Shown here: piece by piece, positions 18,891 to 28,739 of the stretch
How the letters are laid out: each line of letters begins with the position of its first letter
Position numbering within the stretch: the first letter of the stretch is position 1
Assembly (NCBI GenBank): GCA_963819245.1
Contig: CAWFVI010000006.1
Span: 8,155-72,154, forward strand
Length of the DNA stretch: 64,000 nt
Origin: an uncultured Acidobacteriota bacterium
GTDB taxonomy: Bacteria > Acidobacteriota > Terriglobia > Terriglobales > Acidobacteriaceae
Reading direction: 5' to 3'
The notes under the pieces: generated by a model
Told to the model about the DNA's origin: nothing
Database searches by the model: none
The model's input: the letters and a program-made list of their open reading frames with translations, nothing else
Made by a program: the position numbers and the translations under genes

Positions 18891-20083
18891 GAAATGCTAT
18901 TCCTCTCCAGCGTGGCTTGGATAAACTCGTCCAGTACTCGCTCGCGGCTGTAATCGCGGTGGATCTGATCGTGCAGCTGCGATGGAGCGTGCTCCGGCAG
19001 CTTGCCTGCCAGGTATCGGCCAAGTAAGTCAGCGATGTCCCCGATCACCGCTGATCGCGCCAGCCAAGACGAATCAAATTTACGAATCAGCTCGGGAATC
19101 GCTCCCACCGGCGTTGCCAGTACCGGCCGCCCCGCCGAGAGCGCCTCCAGGGCTATCAACCCGAAACATTCCAGTTCTGCCGTCGGTAGGACGAAAGCGT
19201 CACATGCGGCGTAAGCGAGCGGCAGGTCCTGGTCCCCCACGCGTCCCATAAAGGTCACGAAGTTGTCCATCTCAAGCGCCCTTGCCTGCGCTTGCAACTT
19301 ACTCCGCAGCGGTCCGGTTCCACCGATAACCAGATGAAATTTGAATCCCTCGCCACGCAGCCGATGGCTCGCGTCGAGCAATCGGTCCAGTCCCATTCGC
19401 GGCGCCAATCGCCGCAACGTAAACAGCACGGGCAGATCCGTCGGCCATCCTAGTTGCGCTTTCGCATGCTCTCGATCCTCCACCGGAACGAAGCGTGAAG
19501 TGTCCACCCAACCTGGTATCAACTGCACTGTCCTGGCAAGTTCCTTTCCATGTATCGTGCAGATGCGGTCGATGGTGTACTGCGAAAGGGCTGTAATCAC
19601 GCGCGAGCGGGACAAACACTCGGCTTCCATTCGGTTGATCATCCACAGTCCTGCCGGGGCGGTCATCCTCCGGACTAAGCCGGAGTTCCTCCAAACAATG
19701 GCCATCTCCATCCGGGCGGGGGAATGGATGGTGTAGCAGGAATGGACGGAATCACCGTAGAAATCGAGCGCCGCCAAGTAAGGCAGCGGGACATGTCCAT
19801 GGACCGCGTGCACTTGCGGCAGATGCCGCGCGAGTACATCAGTGACGGCCTTCTGGTGGCTAGAGCCACGGGCCGGATTCCAAGGCGCCACCTTCGACGG
19901 AACATACCTTAGAAGATGAACTCCATCTCTCAGTTCGTGTTCGGGCAGCGAAGGCGCCCCTGGGGCTAAAATCCACGTGTCCTCTCCACAATGTGCAAGC
20001 TCAGCAGCTTCATCAAACGCGACTCTTGCCGAGCCCGTAGGCCGATCGCAAAAATGGCCATTCGCAGCAATTAGGACTTTCAT
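18878..20083 (-). CDS. Glycosyltransferase family 4
   Basis: 'AFVLPTAELECFGLIALEALSAGRPVLATPVGAIPELI'. 13-nt overlap with the next gene. Confidence 0.85.
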   Translation of the reverse strand: MKVLIAANGHFCDRPTGSARVAFDEAAELAHCGEDTWILAPGAPSLPEHELRDGVHLLRYVPSKVAPWNPARGSSHQKAVTDVLARHLPQVHAVHGHVPLPYLAALDFYGDSVHSCYTIHSPARMEMAIVWRNSGLVRRMTAPAGLWMINRMEAECLSRSRVITALSQYTIDRICTIHGKELARTVQLIPGWVDTSRFVPVEDREHAKAQLGWPTDLPVLFTLRRLAPRMGLDRLLDASHRLRGEGFKFHLVIGGTGPLRSKLQAQARALEMDNFVTFMGRVGDQDLPLAYAACDAFVLPTAELECFGLIALEALSAGRPVLATPVGAIPELIRKFDSSWLARSAVIGDIADLLGRYLAGKLPEHAPSQLHDQIHRDYSRERVLDEFIQATLERNSISCRC

Positions 20084-21606
20084 TGAGTGACCACGACTGG
20101 CACGAGACGGGCAGCTGGCGTCATAGAAAAACTTCGTCGACCATAAACCAACCTTGATAGAAGCAGAAAAACGACTGCGTTTTGGACAGCTCCACTAATC
20201 AGCCCCACTGTATCGTGTTCGACATTAGTGAGCGGCATGAGCATCAGAACATAGAAAAAAACATCTCTTTCCGAAAGGCCTCCACCTATGATGTTCATAT
20301 AAATCTGCAGGCATGCTCCCCAGAGAAACATGCCGATCAGGACACCCTTAGTGCCGCCGATAATATACATGTCGGCTATGCCCGGCACGTTTGTGGAACT
20401 AATCCCACCGATACCCATGGCCCAGCTCATGCGCTGTCCCTTATTGAGAATTGGCTTGTCCGGCCATAAGACACGGGGGACAAATGGATAGACGGGTGCC
20501 ATCCATACAGTTTCGTCACCATTCAAGAGCGAGGGATTAGGCAATTGCAAGACATTACGAACAAGGGTTAAGACAGACAACCTTGACCCGAAATTCTGAA
20601 AACCGTTTTGAAGGGCCTGTCCCGAACCATCATATTTGGAGAAAACATCTTCCACCGACTTGTTCAAGGTAGCGATCAGACCGCTCTCTGTGTTTACTTG
20701 CGCAGAATAACCCGCATTCAAATTTGCGCGGTACGCATCCACGAATGGGTAGATCAGCATGAACACCACCGGAATCGCCCATAGCAGGCGCGGGAATCGG
20801 CCCTGTGTAATCCCCAACAAAATCGCCAAGAAGAATAGAGGCATCAGCACTTCCATCTTCATTCCCGAGATCAGGCCGAAACCTATGTCCAAGATGAACG
20901 AAGTTCCAAATATCAGTCGCATCGCGATTGATTTCGATCGCTTCCCGAGAACTTCAATCCCGGAGATCAGCATAGCCATGGCCAACATCCTGGAGGCCAT
21001 TTCAAGTGATTCTGCAGCAGAGATGGAAGTGTCATATCGCAAAGTAGCGGCCGCGTATGCGGTGATCCCAAGTTTCCACATGACAACATTACTGATCGTT
21101 CCCAACGCAAGCATCGCGATTGACGCCAGAAGAATTCGCGAGGATCCACAGGGAAGTGTGGGAGAAAACGTCAGCCTACAGGGCTTCATCAGCATCCAAG
21201 ACGATAGCCAGAACATGCAAAACCCCAGCAACACGTAGGACATCGCATTGGTATAGGATGAATCTATCCGATCAGCCCCAGTTGCAAATCTCCAAAACGG
21301 GATAACAACAAATTCCATTGTTGCCACGATTGTCATGAACGCGGGTGCGCTACACCACTGTGCATTGTGCAGATCATTCTTGAAGAGAAACGCAGCTGCT
21401 AAGACAAAAAACCAGAGTGCCATTGTTCCGAAGGCGATGAAGTCAGGAGCACCGTCGTTCAAGACCACATGTATCGACCAGAGCGATGCCGGAACCCCTA
21501 TCACCACGATCAGCAGCGCCGGCCATGGGAGGGGATCAAGTCTCGTAGCTTCGCGCAGATTTATTCGCATATCGGCTAATCTAAGGCGCATTAACGCCAC
21601 TCCCAC
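20080..21606 (-). CDS. Polytopic membrane protein, Wzy-type repeat-unit polymerase candidate
   Basis: More than 10 predicted TM helices, no soluble-enzyme motifs, positioned between Wzx and the GTs. AT-rich relative to its neighbours. Confidence 0.6.
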   Translation of the reverse strand: MGVALMRLRLADMRINLREATRLDPLPWPALLIVVIGVPASLWSIHVVLNDGAPDFIAFGTMALWFFVLAAAFLFKNDLHNAQWCSAPAFMTIVATMEFVVIPFWRFATGADRIDSSYTNAMSYVLLGFCMFWLSSWMLMKPCRLTFSPTLPCGSSRILLASIAMLALGTISNVVMWKLGITAYAAATLRYDTSISAAESLEMASRMLAMAMLISGIEVLGKRSKSIAMRLIFGTSFILDIGFGLISGMKMEVLMPLFFLAILLGITQGRFPRLLWAIPVVFMLIYPFVDAYRANLNAGYSAQVNTESGLIATLNKSVEDVFSKYDGSGQALQNGFQNFGSRLSVLTLVRNVLQLPNPSLLNGDETVWMAPVYPFVPRVLWPDKPILNKGQRMSWAMGIGGISSTNVPGIADMYIIGGTKGVLIGMFLWGACLQIYMNIIGGGLSERDVFFYVLMLMPLTNVEHDTVGLISGAVQNAVVFLLLSRLVYGRRSFSMTPAARLVPVVVTQ

Positions 21607-21641
21607 GACTGCCCCTCATTTCGTTCTCGGGATGGACCCCA

Positions 21642-22997
21642 TTACGTAGCGTTTTGACATGAGGTTTCGCGAATGGGTTCTAAACTGAGTTCGCCGCCTA
21701 CCAGCAACGTCCGGAGGCTAAGTCCAAGCTGGTTGTGCGCCAGCACCAGCATCAAGAGGAAGCTCGTCGTATACGCAATCGACGAAATGATTGCGGCTCC
21801 GATATATCCATAACGCGGAACCAGCAAGTAGAGACCGATTGCCGTCACGACCATGCTCACACCTTCGGCAATCGAAGGCAGCCCAGGTCTACCCAGCGCA
21901 CTCGATCCGTTGTAGAGCACCTGGTTGAGACCGATCATGACAGCGCCAGGCAATAGAATTCGGCAGGCTAGAATTGAACCTTCGAATGCAGGGCCGAAAA
22001 CGAGACGAATCAGGAATGGCGCAAGTGCGTAGAGCGCGCTCGAACAGAGCAGCAACCAGGTCAACGATGCACGAAAAGAGATCCCAATCGTCTTCTTGGC
22101 ATCGCCGCTATTTTGACCCGCTCCTCGCGAAAACGTCACAATTCCGGCAGCTTGTGGAAACACAGTGACCGCCGTCGAGAGCGTCACGGCTACCGCATAA
22201 AAGCCCAACTGCCGCGGCGGAACGAACAAGGAGAGCGCCATCTGGTCAATCCGCTGGTTGAAGTAGTTGGTTAGGTTCGTGGCCTGGGTCCGACACCCAA
22301 AGTCGATAAGGCGCGGGATTATCGACGCATTCCATTTCAGCCTTGGCCTCAGGATGCTCCACATCATGACTGAACCTAGTGCCAGCGCCGTGACGTATCC
22401 CGCGAGGGTGAAAAATACAACTGCGCTGAGGGTTCCCTGATCCCTGAAGTACAGCCCCGCCAGCCCGGCAGCGTAGGTTAACGGCGCGACCACCCGGATG
22501 AGATTGAAACGCAGCAGGTCTCGTTCACCCTGAAACAGATTGCCTGTATACACACCTAGAATCAATGCCGGCGTGAGCAGTACGAAGATGATTCCCAAGT
22601 GCTGGACCGCGGGAGAATATTTCGCCAGTGCAAAAGGAATGACCGCCAAACCGATAATGACGGAGAGAACGCTCTGGATCAACCCGATGGTCGTGGCCCC
22701 GGTCGCAATCTCGGAAATTGTGAACGAACGGCGTCCCACGTTGAACGCGACTGCTTGATTGATCCCAAGGGAAAGCAGGGTGGCAATTCCCGTGGGCCAG
22801 ATGACCACGGCTGCGTACTCGCCTCGCCCCACCGGTCCCAGCATCCTCGCCGACAAGATGCCCGTCAAGATCCCCAGCCCAAGAATGAGACTCTGCCCCA
22901 GCATCGTCGAGGCATAAGTTTTCACGAATTCTTCACGCTTGCCGATGGCCGGAAGCTGATACGGTATGGTCTCAGAGGTGGACATCGACTCCCTCAT
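21642..22997 (-). CDS. wzx: Wzx-type oligosaccharide flippase (MOP superfamily polysaccharide biosynthesis protein)
   Basis: About 12-14 TM helices, typical length and position. Confidence 0.75.
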   Translation of the reverse strand: MRESMSTSETIPYQLPAIGKREEFVKTYASTMLGQSLILGLGILTGILSARMLGPVGRGEYAAVVIWPTGIATLLSLGINQAVAFNVGRRSFTISEIATGATTIGLIQSVLSVIIGLAVIPFALAKYSPAVQHLGIIFVLLTPALILGVYTGNLFQGERDLLRFNLIRVVAPLTYAAGLAGLYFRDQGTLSAVVFFTLAGYVTALALGSVMMWSILRPRLKWNASIIPRLIDFGCRTQATNLTNYFNQRIDQMALSLFVPPRQLGFYAVAVTLSTAVTVFPQAAGIVTFSRGAGQNSGDAKKTIGISFRASLTWLLLCSSALYALAPFLIRLVFGPAFEGSILACRILLPGAVMIGLNQVLYNGSSALGRPGLPSIAEGVSMVVTAIGLYLLVPRYGYIGAAIISSIAYTTSFLLMLVLAHNQLGLSLRTLLVGGELSLEPIRETSCQNAT

Positions 22998-23090
22998 AGG
23001 ATTTCCAGTGAGGTGCTATCAGAGGAATAGGTTGGCAAGTCTGATTAGATTTGATCTTATGAATCAGGAAGACCGCAAACAGTCTGCTGC

Positions 23091-24140
23091 TTAGTGAGTT
23101 GCTATCGCATAGATGGAAGCTGACGACGCTGAGGCCAGGATCGAGGAGCCGTTGCTAAAGATCGCTTTGAGCTTATCCGTCGGCACGTACACCACATCCC
23201 TAGCCTGCAGTTGCACATCGGCGCTTTTCCCCCGGACGATCTTCTTGTAGGACAGTGGAATATCCACTACTGAACCCTGATCATTCCGACGCAAAAGGTG
23301 AATAGTGCCGGTGTTCGCTGCAATGGCCGTCCCATTCGCCAGCGAGATAGCCTGCAGCACGTTAAGCGTGCCTTCCTCCTGCATCACATACCCTCCAGGC
23401 CGATTCACCGCACCTAACACGTATACGATGCCGGCCTGCTTCACGAGCACGATGTCACCGGGATTTACCATTACCGTGTTGACCGCGTGCGGATCAGTTG
23501 CACGAGAATAGTCCACAAGAATCGGTTCTGCACTGGCACTAGCGCGCGTAATCTGCACATGGTTGCCCGCGGTCAACGTGGCTCCGCCGGCAAACGCCAA
23601 AACATCCACCAAGCTTCGTGGTACCAACAAAGGATATCTGCCGGGGCTGGCCACTTCTCCAATGATGGTCACTTGGGGCACTGTGTATTCCAACACAGTC
23701 AGGTTCACCTGGGGATCATTGAGGATCTGATTCTTCAAAAGCGCATTCCCGATCTGAACCCGAGCTTCAGAGACGGTCTCCCCAGCGACGTGCATCGTTC
23801 CCAGAATAGGTAAGGAGAGATCGCCGTGCTGGTCTATGCGAAAAGTTCCCACGAGGTCAGGATCATCGAGAACATTCAAGCTCAGCAGGAATCCTGGAGC
23901 CAGCGTCAATTTTGCAAAATCCTCGGGCACCACCATCAGCCCGGAGCTGCGCATCGCGGCAGCAGCGTCCGACCGATCCTGGCTGGTGACTTTAGAAGGG
24001 ACGGAGCTCATGGTGGAGCCGCCGGAGGCCGGCTGCATCGCGATTTGAGCAACACTTCGGTGCGCAAGCGGAGCCAGAAGCGCAACCACGACCAGCCCTG
24101 CAAAGGAGAATTTATGTTTCACATAGTGTCGTCTATTCAT
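23091..24140 (-). CDS. wza: Polysaccharide export protein (Wza/Poly_export + SLBB domains)
   Basis: 'FRIDQHGDLSLPILGTMHVAGETVSEARVQI', SLBB-like 'VTIIGEVASPGRYPL' and 'VYVLGAVNRPGGYVM'. The ATG at 24140 overlaps the wzc end by 8 nt. Confidence 0.85.
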   Translation of the reverse strand: MNRRHYVKHKFSFAGLVVVALLAPLAHRSVAQIAMQPASGGSTMSSVPSKVTSQDRSDAAAAMRSSGLMVVPEDFAKLTLAPGFLLSLNVLDDPDLVGTFRIDQHGDLSLPILGTMHVAGETVSEARVQIGNALLKNQILNDPQVNLTVLEYTVPQVTIIGEVASPGRYPLLVPRSLVDVLAFAGGATLTAGNHVQITRASASAEPILVDYSRATDPHAVNTVMVNPGDIVLVKQAGIVYVLGAVNRPGGYVMQEEGTLNVLQAISLANGTAIAANTGTIHLLRRNDQGSVVDIPLSYKKIVRGKSADVQLQARDVVYVPTDKLKAIFSNGSSILASASSASIYAIATH

Positions 24141-26469
24141 AGTATGAGCCGTAGTATTCGTATCCGTAGCCGCCCGACTTAGCGTCAATGCCATTCAGCA
24201 CGAAACCAATCACCGGCATTCGGTTGCGCTCGATTAATTCAGCAGCGCGAGCCAGCATTGGTCTGGTGACGGCACCGGCCCGCGCGACCCAGATGACGAC
24301 GTCCACTTTGCTGGAGATCGAGACGGCATCGGTTACCAACAGAGCTGGAGGACTATCCATCAGGACAATGTCATAGCGAGACTGAAGATCTTGCAACAAC
24401 TCGTCGAAAGCAGTCGATCCCAAGATCTCCGAAGGCATGGGTGGATGCGGACCTGCCGGCAGCACGTCCAGCGTAGAGACATGGGTTCCCCTGATAATTG
24501 CCTCGTCGCTCGTCATTGTGCCAGCCAGCACATTGCTAAGTCCGGCTTTATTGGAGACTTCCATCATGTGCTTCATACGTGGCCTGCGCATGTCGCACTC
24601 CACGATGATTACCTTCTTGTCATGCTGCGCGAAAGCGATGGCGAGATTTGTTGTGATCGTCGTCTTACCTTCCCCAGGAATGCAGCTAGTTACGAGAATG
24701 GTCTTGGGACCGCCACCGGCCCGGGAGAGCATAATTGAAGTGCGCAGCGCGCGGAATGCCTCCGATGCGCCGGATTTGGGTTCGGTCAGCATCCAGACTG
24801 CGGCTGAAGTGGGGGAGGGCAGTTCTTCCCGCTTAACTTTGTCCTGCAGAAGGAGTGTTCCATAGGTTCTGACGGGATCCCCAAACCTCGGGATCAGACC
24901 GATCACAGGCTTTCGGGTGACTTCCTCCGCCTGCACGATGTTGGTCACCGTCCGGTCGAGATTGTCTGCGGTAAACGCAGCCGCGAAACCCAGAAGGAGC
25001 CCAAACAGTGTTCCCAACGCCAGGTTCATCAAAGGTTTCGGGCGAATTGGAACCGATTGCGATCGCGCCGGATCTACAACCGTGATATTCGTGGCTTTGA
25101 TGCCCGCGGAAACATTTGCTTCCTGCAGCTTGGTGTAAAGATCCTCGTATAGTTTTTTGCGGGAGAAGGCTTCCTGGCTCAGGACCGCAAACTGAACCGC
25201 CTTCTCATTGAGTTTGCCGGCCGCCGTCTGCTGCTGATCGAACCGTTGGCGGAGCGTGTCTTCTGTGTGCTGTGCCAATTGAAAGTCCACTTGCGCACGC
25301 TTGGTGATTGCGCCCAGTTCGTCGCGGATTTGCTCATCCAGCGCCTGTATCTGCGTTTGCATTTCCTTAAGATGACGATTATTCGCGCCGTAGCTCGTCG
25401 CCGCCTCGGCAATGCTGATCTTCAGTTGGCCCTGCTGCTGCCGCAGCTGTCCCAGGAGCGAAAGTCCACCGCTCTGCGTGAGCACCATCGAGTCACTCTG
25501 CATTGCCAGGGGATCCTTTCCAATTCCTAGAACCACATCGGCATTGCCTGTTTGCGCAAAGCGATAGATCGCTTCTTTCTCGATGCGATTCGCCTCAGCC
25601 ACGGTCAACTCGGCGTTGAGTGCGTCGAGCTTCTGAATCACGACGCTATGGATCTCTCCGCCCTCACCTGCCGAATGGTCCCTAAGCCCCGCCGGCGCCG
25701 TCACATTCAAGCTGATGATTCCAGTTTCCTTTTCAAAGTCGGTGAGCTTCTTTTCCGAGTCTTCCACGTTGGCCTTCAGGTCTGACAATTGCTTGGTTAA
25801 CCAGTCCGAGGCCTCGGTGCTGGCGTCATAGTGGGATTGAAGATATTGATTCTTGTAACTCTCGATCAAGGCATTCGCAATCTGCTCTGCCAGCTTCGGA
25901 TCGTGACTCTCGTAGCTGACCTGAATCAAACGGGTCCCACGGATTGGCTCTACTTTTAAATGCTCTTGGAAAATCCTCAGCAACTGCGTGCGAGTCTGGG
26001 GCGCATTTTCTAGCGGCAATCCCTGCTCGGAACTCAGCCCGTGAGCTGCACTTCCCTTTATGGCGAACTCCGGCCGTGAAATTAGATTGAGCCGCTTAAT
26101 CACAGCCAGGGCCAGGGAGTCGCCTTGGAGAATCGCGGTCTCAGTCTGAAGATCCGTGAGAAGGCTATCTGCACCCGCACTCAATTGCTGAGATAGAGCG
26201 TCATCGAGTCCTAAATCCAAAGAACCGGAACTGCTCTTGTTCAACTCGATCGTTGCCGTGGACGCATAGGTCGGCCTCATCATCATCGTCAAGATGCCGA
26301 CCAACAATACACACATCACGATTGAGCCAATAATCCAATACCGCCGCTGCGTCAACACTCGCATGAGATGGTGCAAGCCATAGGAATTGGCCGAGCTATG
26401 ATGAGCGGATGTCACCATGGAACTTGTCAAAGTCTCGCTTCTTGCATCGACTATTAAGTGGTTACTCAA
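24133..26469 (-). CDS. wzc: Polysaccharide co-polymerase / BY-kinase (Wzc/GumC-type tyrosine autokinase)
   Basis: Wzz-like periplasmic coiled-coil region, P-loop 'VTSCIPGEGKTTITTNLA', Walker B 'YDIVLMDSPP', C-terminal Tyr cluster 'GGYGYEYYGSYYE*'. Confidence 0.9.
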   Translation of the reverse strand: MSNHLIVDARSETLTSSMVTSAHHSSANSYGLHHLMRVLTQRRYWIIGSIVMCVLLVGILTMMMRPTYASTATIELNKSSSGSLDLGLDDALSQQLSAGADSLLTDLQTETAILQGDSLALAVIKRLNLISRPEFAIKGSAAHGLSSEQGLPLENAPQTRTQLLRIFQEHLKVEPIRGTRLIQVSYESHDPKLAEQIANALIESYKNQYLQSHYDASTEASDWLTKQLSDLKANVEDSEKKLTDFEKETGIISLNVTAPAGLRDHSAGEGGEIHSVVIQKLDALNAELTVAEANRIEKEAIYRFAQTGNADVVLGIGKDPLAMQSDSMVLTQSGGLSLLGQLRQQQGQLKISIAEAATSYGANNRHLKEMQTQIQALDEQIRDELGAITKRAQVDFQLAQHTEDTLRQRFDQQQTAAGKLNEKAVQFAVLSQEAFSRKKLYEDLYTKLQEANVSAGIKATNITVVDPARSQSVPIRPKPLMNLALGTLFGLLLGFAAAFTADNLDRTVTNIVQAEEVTRKPVIGLIPRFGDPVRTYGTLLLQDKVKREELPSPTSAAVWMLTEPKSGASEAFRALRTSIMLSRAGGGPKTILVTSCIPGEGKTTITTNLAIAFAQHDKKVIIVECDMRRPRMKHMMEVSNKAGLSNVLAGTMTSDEAIIRGTHVSTLDVLPAGPHPPMPSEILGSTAFDELLQDLQSRYDIVLMDSPPALLVTDAVSISSKVDVVIWVARAGAVTRPMLARAAELIERNRMPVIGFVLNGIDAKSGGYGYEYYGSYYE

Positions 26470-26660
26470 TTGGTGTCCTCAAAAGTGAAGATGCGCCATG
26501 ACGCTGGGGAATATTTGATAAGGTCGTCGTCACTGGCAACGCCCTACGGTGAGGTTGGTGATCACCATGTTATCGGTCACAGATCCCTAAGTAACTCTTG
26601 CCGAGGACCGAGTTCGTTCTCCAGCGGCAGAACCTACGGCCCGCGTAATCGACCGCCCGC

Positions 26661-27296
26661 TTATGGCGCAGTCGACAAAGCAGGTTCAGGTACAAGCGCT
26701 TTCATCCAGAAGTCGCTATAAGCAGCAATTGCCTCATCGGTGTTTGCGTAGGGCATGTCGTCGCTGGTCAGCACCTGTTGCAGGCCCTGGTGAGCGGCAA
26801 CTGAAGCGGCCAAGCCCAGGGTGGCAACTCCGGGCTCGAGGTTACGGATCAACCCCTTGGATACACATCTCGCCAAATATTCGTGGACCGGGTCAAAGAG
26901 AGGCACGAGATGCTTGCGTAATATCCGTTCCGCACCGTTTTCCAGTTCAAACAAGCTTAGGTACAGCAGTCGAAGCATCTCGGGTTGATGCTGAACGGTT
27001 TCGACGAGCATCGCGACAATGCCTGGAATGGCGGTTCGAGGATTCTCGTCGCTTTCGAGCCTTGCTCGCAGTTCCTTGCTGATTCGCAGACGGCGCAAGC
27101 GGGATTCGGTTGCGGCCCAGAATAGGTCCCGTTTTCGCGGGAAGTGACGGAATACTGTAACCTCGCTAACCCCCGCCAGTCGGGCGATCTCATGGGTACT
27201 GCTGGCAGCGAAACCCTGCCGCGAGAATAGCTGCACGGCCGCTTCAACGATGCGGTTCGCGGTGCCATTCGTGGTTTGGACTTTTAAAACGGTCAT
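26661..27296 (-). CDS. TetR-family transcriptional regulator
   Basis: 'IVEAAVQLFSRQGFAASSTHEIARLAGVSEVTVFRHFPRKRDLF'. Confidence 0.85.
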   Translation of the reverse strand: MTVLKVQTTNGTANRIVEAAVQLFSRQGFAASSTHEIARLAGVSEVTVFRHFPRKRDLFWAATESRLRRLRISKELRARLESDENPRTAIPGIVAMLVETVQHQPEMLRLLYLSLFELENGAERILRKHLVPLFDPVHEYLARCVSKGLIRNLEPGVATLGLAASVAAHQGLQQVLTSDDMPYANTDEAIAAYSDFWMKALVPEPALSTAP

Positions 27297-27354
27297 GAGG
27301 CGCTGTCTTGATTTGGAGGGAGATTCGACAGGGGACAAAAGAAGATAATCGGTA

Positions 27355-27921
27355 CTAAACAAGTTCGACGGCGTCGGCGTCCAGCTCAACAGCTACGCTT
27401 TGCTGAATGAGATCCACCGTGAGCACGACCCGCAGACTGTTGGCGTTTCGAATCAGCGTGCCTTCCAGCCCTTGCAGCGCTCCTCGGTTGATCCGCACCC
27501 TCCGGCCGATTGCGAGACCACGATAAGGCTCAAATTTCTGCAAGTGCAAACCAGAGCGCAAAGTCTCGATCTCGAAATCAGATAGCTGTGCAGGTTCGCT
27601 CTTGGGGCCGACAAACGATAAGACCCCGGGCACGTCCAGTACTCGAATGCGTTCGCTTCGCGGGATGTTCACGAACACATAGCTGGGAAATAAGGGAAGC
27701 TCAACTTGGACCTTGCAACCGTTCTTCCAGCGATGAACGCTTCGGAACAGTGGGAGAAAGCAATCCACACGCCGGTGTGCCAGATGCTCGCTAACCCGCT
27801 TCTCATGTCTTGGACTCGTATAGATAGCGTACCAGCGGGGAGGGCGCTCGGCTGCCCGACACGGCGGAGGCAAGAAGCTCGCAGTCGTCGCTGAAGTGCT
27901 GGCGTTGATTAGTTGAGACAA
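27355..27921 (-). CDS. NusG-paralog transcription antiterminator (RfaH/UpxY-like), start codon uncertain (TTG at 27921)
   Basis: NGN domain 'WYAIYTSPRHEKRVSEHL...LPLFPSYVFVNI', KOW 'GRRVRINRGALQGLEGTLI'. Confidence 0.8.
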   Translation of the reverse strand: MSQLINASTSATTASFLPPPCRAAERPPRWYAIYTSPRHEKRVSEHLAHRRVDCFLPLFRSVHRWKNGCKVQVELPLFPSYVFVNIPRSERIRVLDVPGVLSFVGPKSEPAQLSDFEIETLRSGLHLQKFEPYRGLAIGRRVRINRGALQGLEGTLIRNANSLRVVLTVDLIQQSVAVELDADAVELV

Positions 27922-28739
27922 GGCTTCGCCCCCGTCGCTTAGATAGCGCTAGTTTTGATTTGAAATGTTTGTTGGTGCTCGCGGTCGATGCTGGAGACCG
28001 CTTACCTCAACCGCGAGTTGATACAGCTGCGGTGTAAGTAGGCGACTACACTCTTCGCCGCGATTCCTGGATGCATGGCGGGTGCCAATTCGGTATTTTC
28101 GCCAACTGGCTTTTTCTCAAGTGTTTAGCCGTGCCAATCCGGGAATCGGCGATGAGCAGCGTCTCAAAACGAGAGCCGCTCAGGAAATAAGACTCGGCAA
28201 TGTCTCAACCCGACCGATCGTCGACCGTGAAGCTCCCGCTTCAATCTTGTGCGAGGCCCGTCAAGCTTTTCAGCTGGCGTGATGATGAGAGCCATAGGCG
28301 GAGCTGAGGTCAGAATAGAGTCCTGGTGTGGCGAACGTATCTGCAGAACCAGGTAGTCCGCTGCCTTAGCGTCTCAAAGCGAGAGAAACTTCCGGCGATT
28401 TAATCCGCCCGTCTCATTCGTGATCAGCGAATGACGTTCGGTTGACCGCGACAAACCTGGGTTCGACAGCAGACTAAATTTTATTCGGGCGAGACGAAAG
28501 AAGCGACAAGTCGTGTAAGTGTCGAACTCTTCGTGTTTTATCGAACGATGCCTGCGTATGAATTGCAATCTAAGGTGCTAGTTCCTCGGCTACTAGTGTC
28601 GAGTACCTGCTTCAAGTTAGTCTCGGCGATTAAAGTGCTCTAATGCAGCGGGGCTCCGCGTGTGACTTTGGTCCGTCCATTCTTGTTGGTTGGGTGGATT
28701 GGCTGTTCGCGAATCAAGCTTGAGCACCGGGAGGAAAGG

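Noticed and set aside
27922-28661. ORFs 28082..28282 (+) and 28374..28568 (-) in the long leader upstream of the NusG paralogue
   Set aside because: They have non-ATG or weak starts, no SD, and low-complexity translations. I treated the region as a non-coding leader or promoter. I also searched it for the ops core GGCGGTAG on the coding strand and did not find it.
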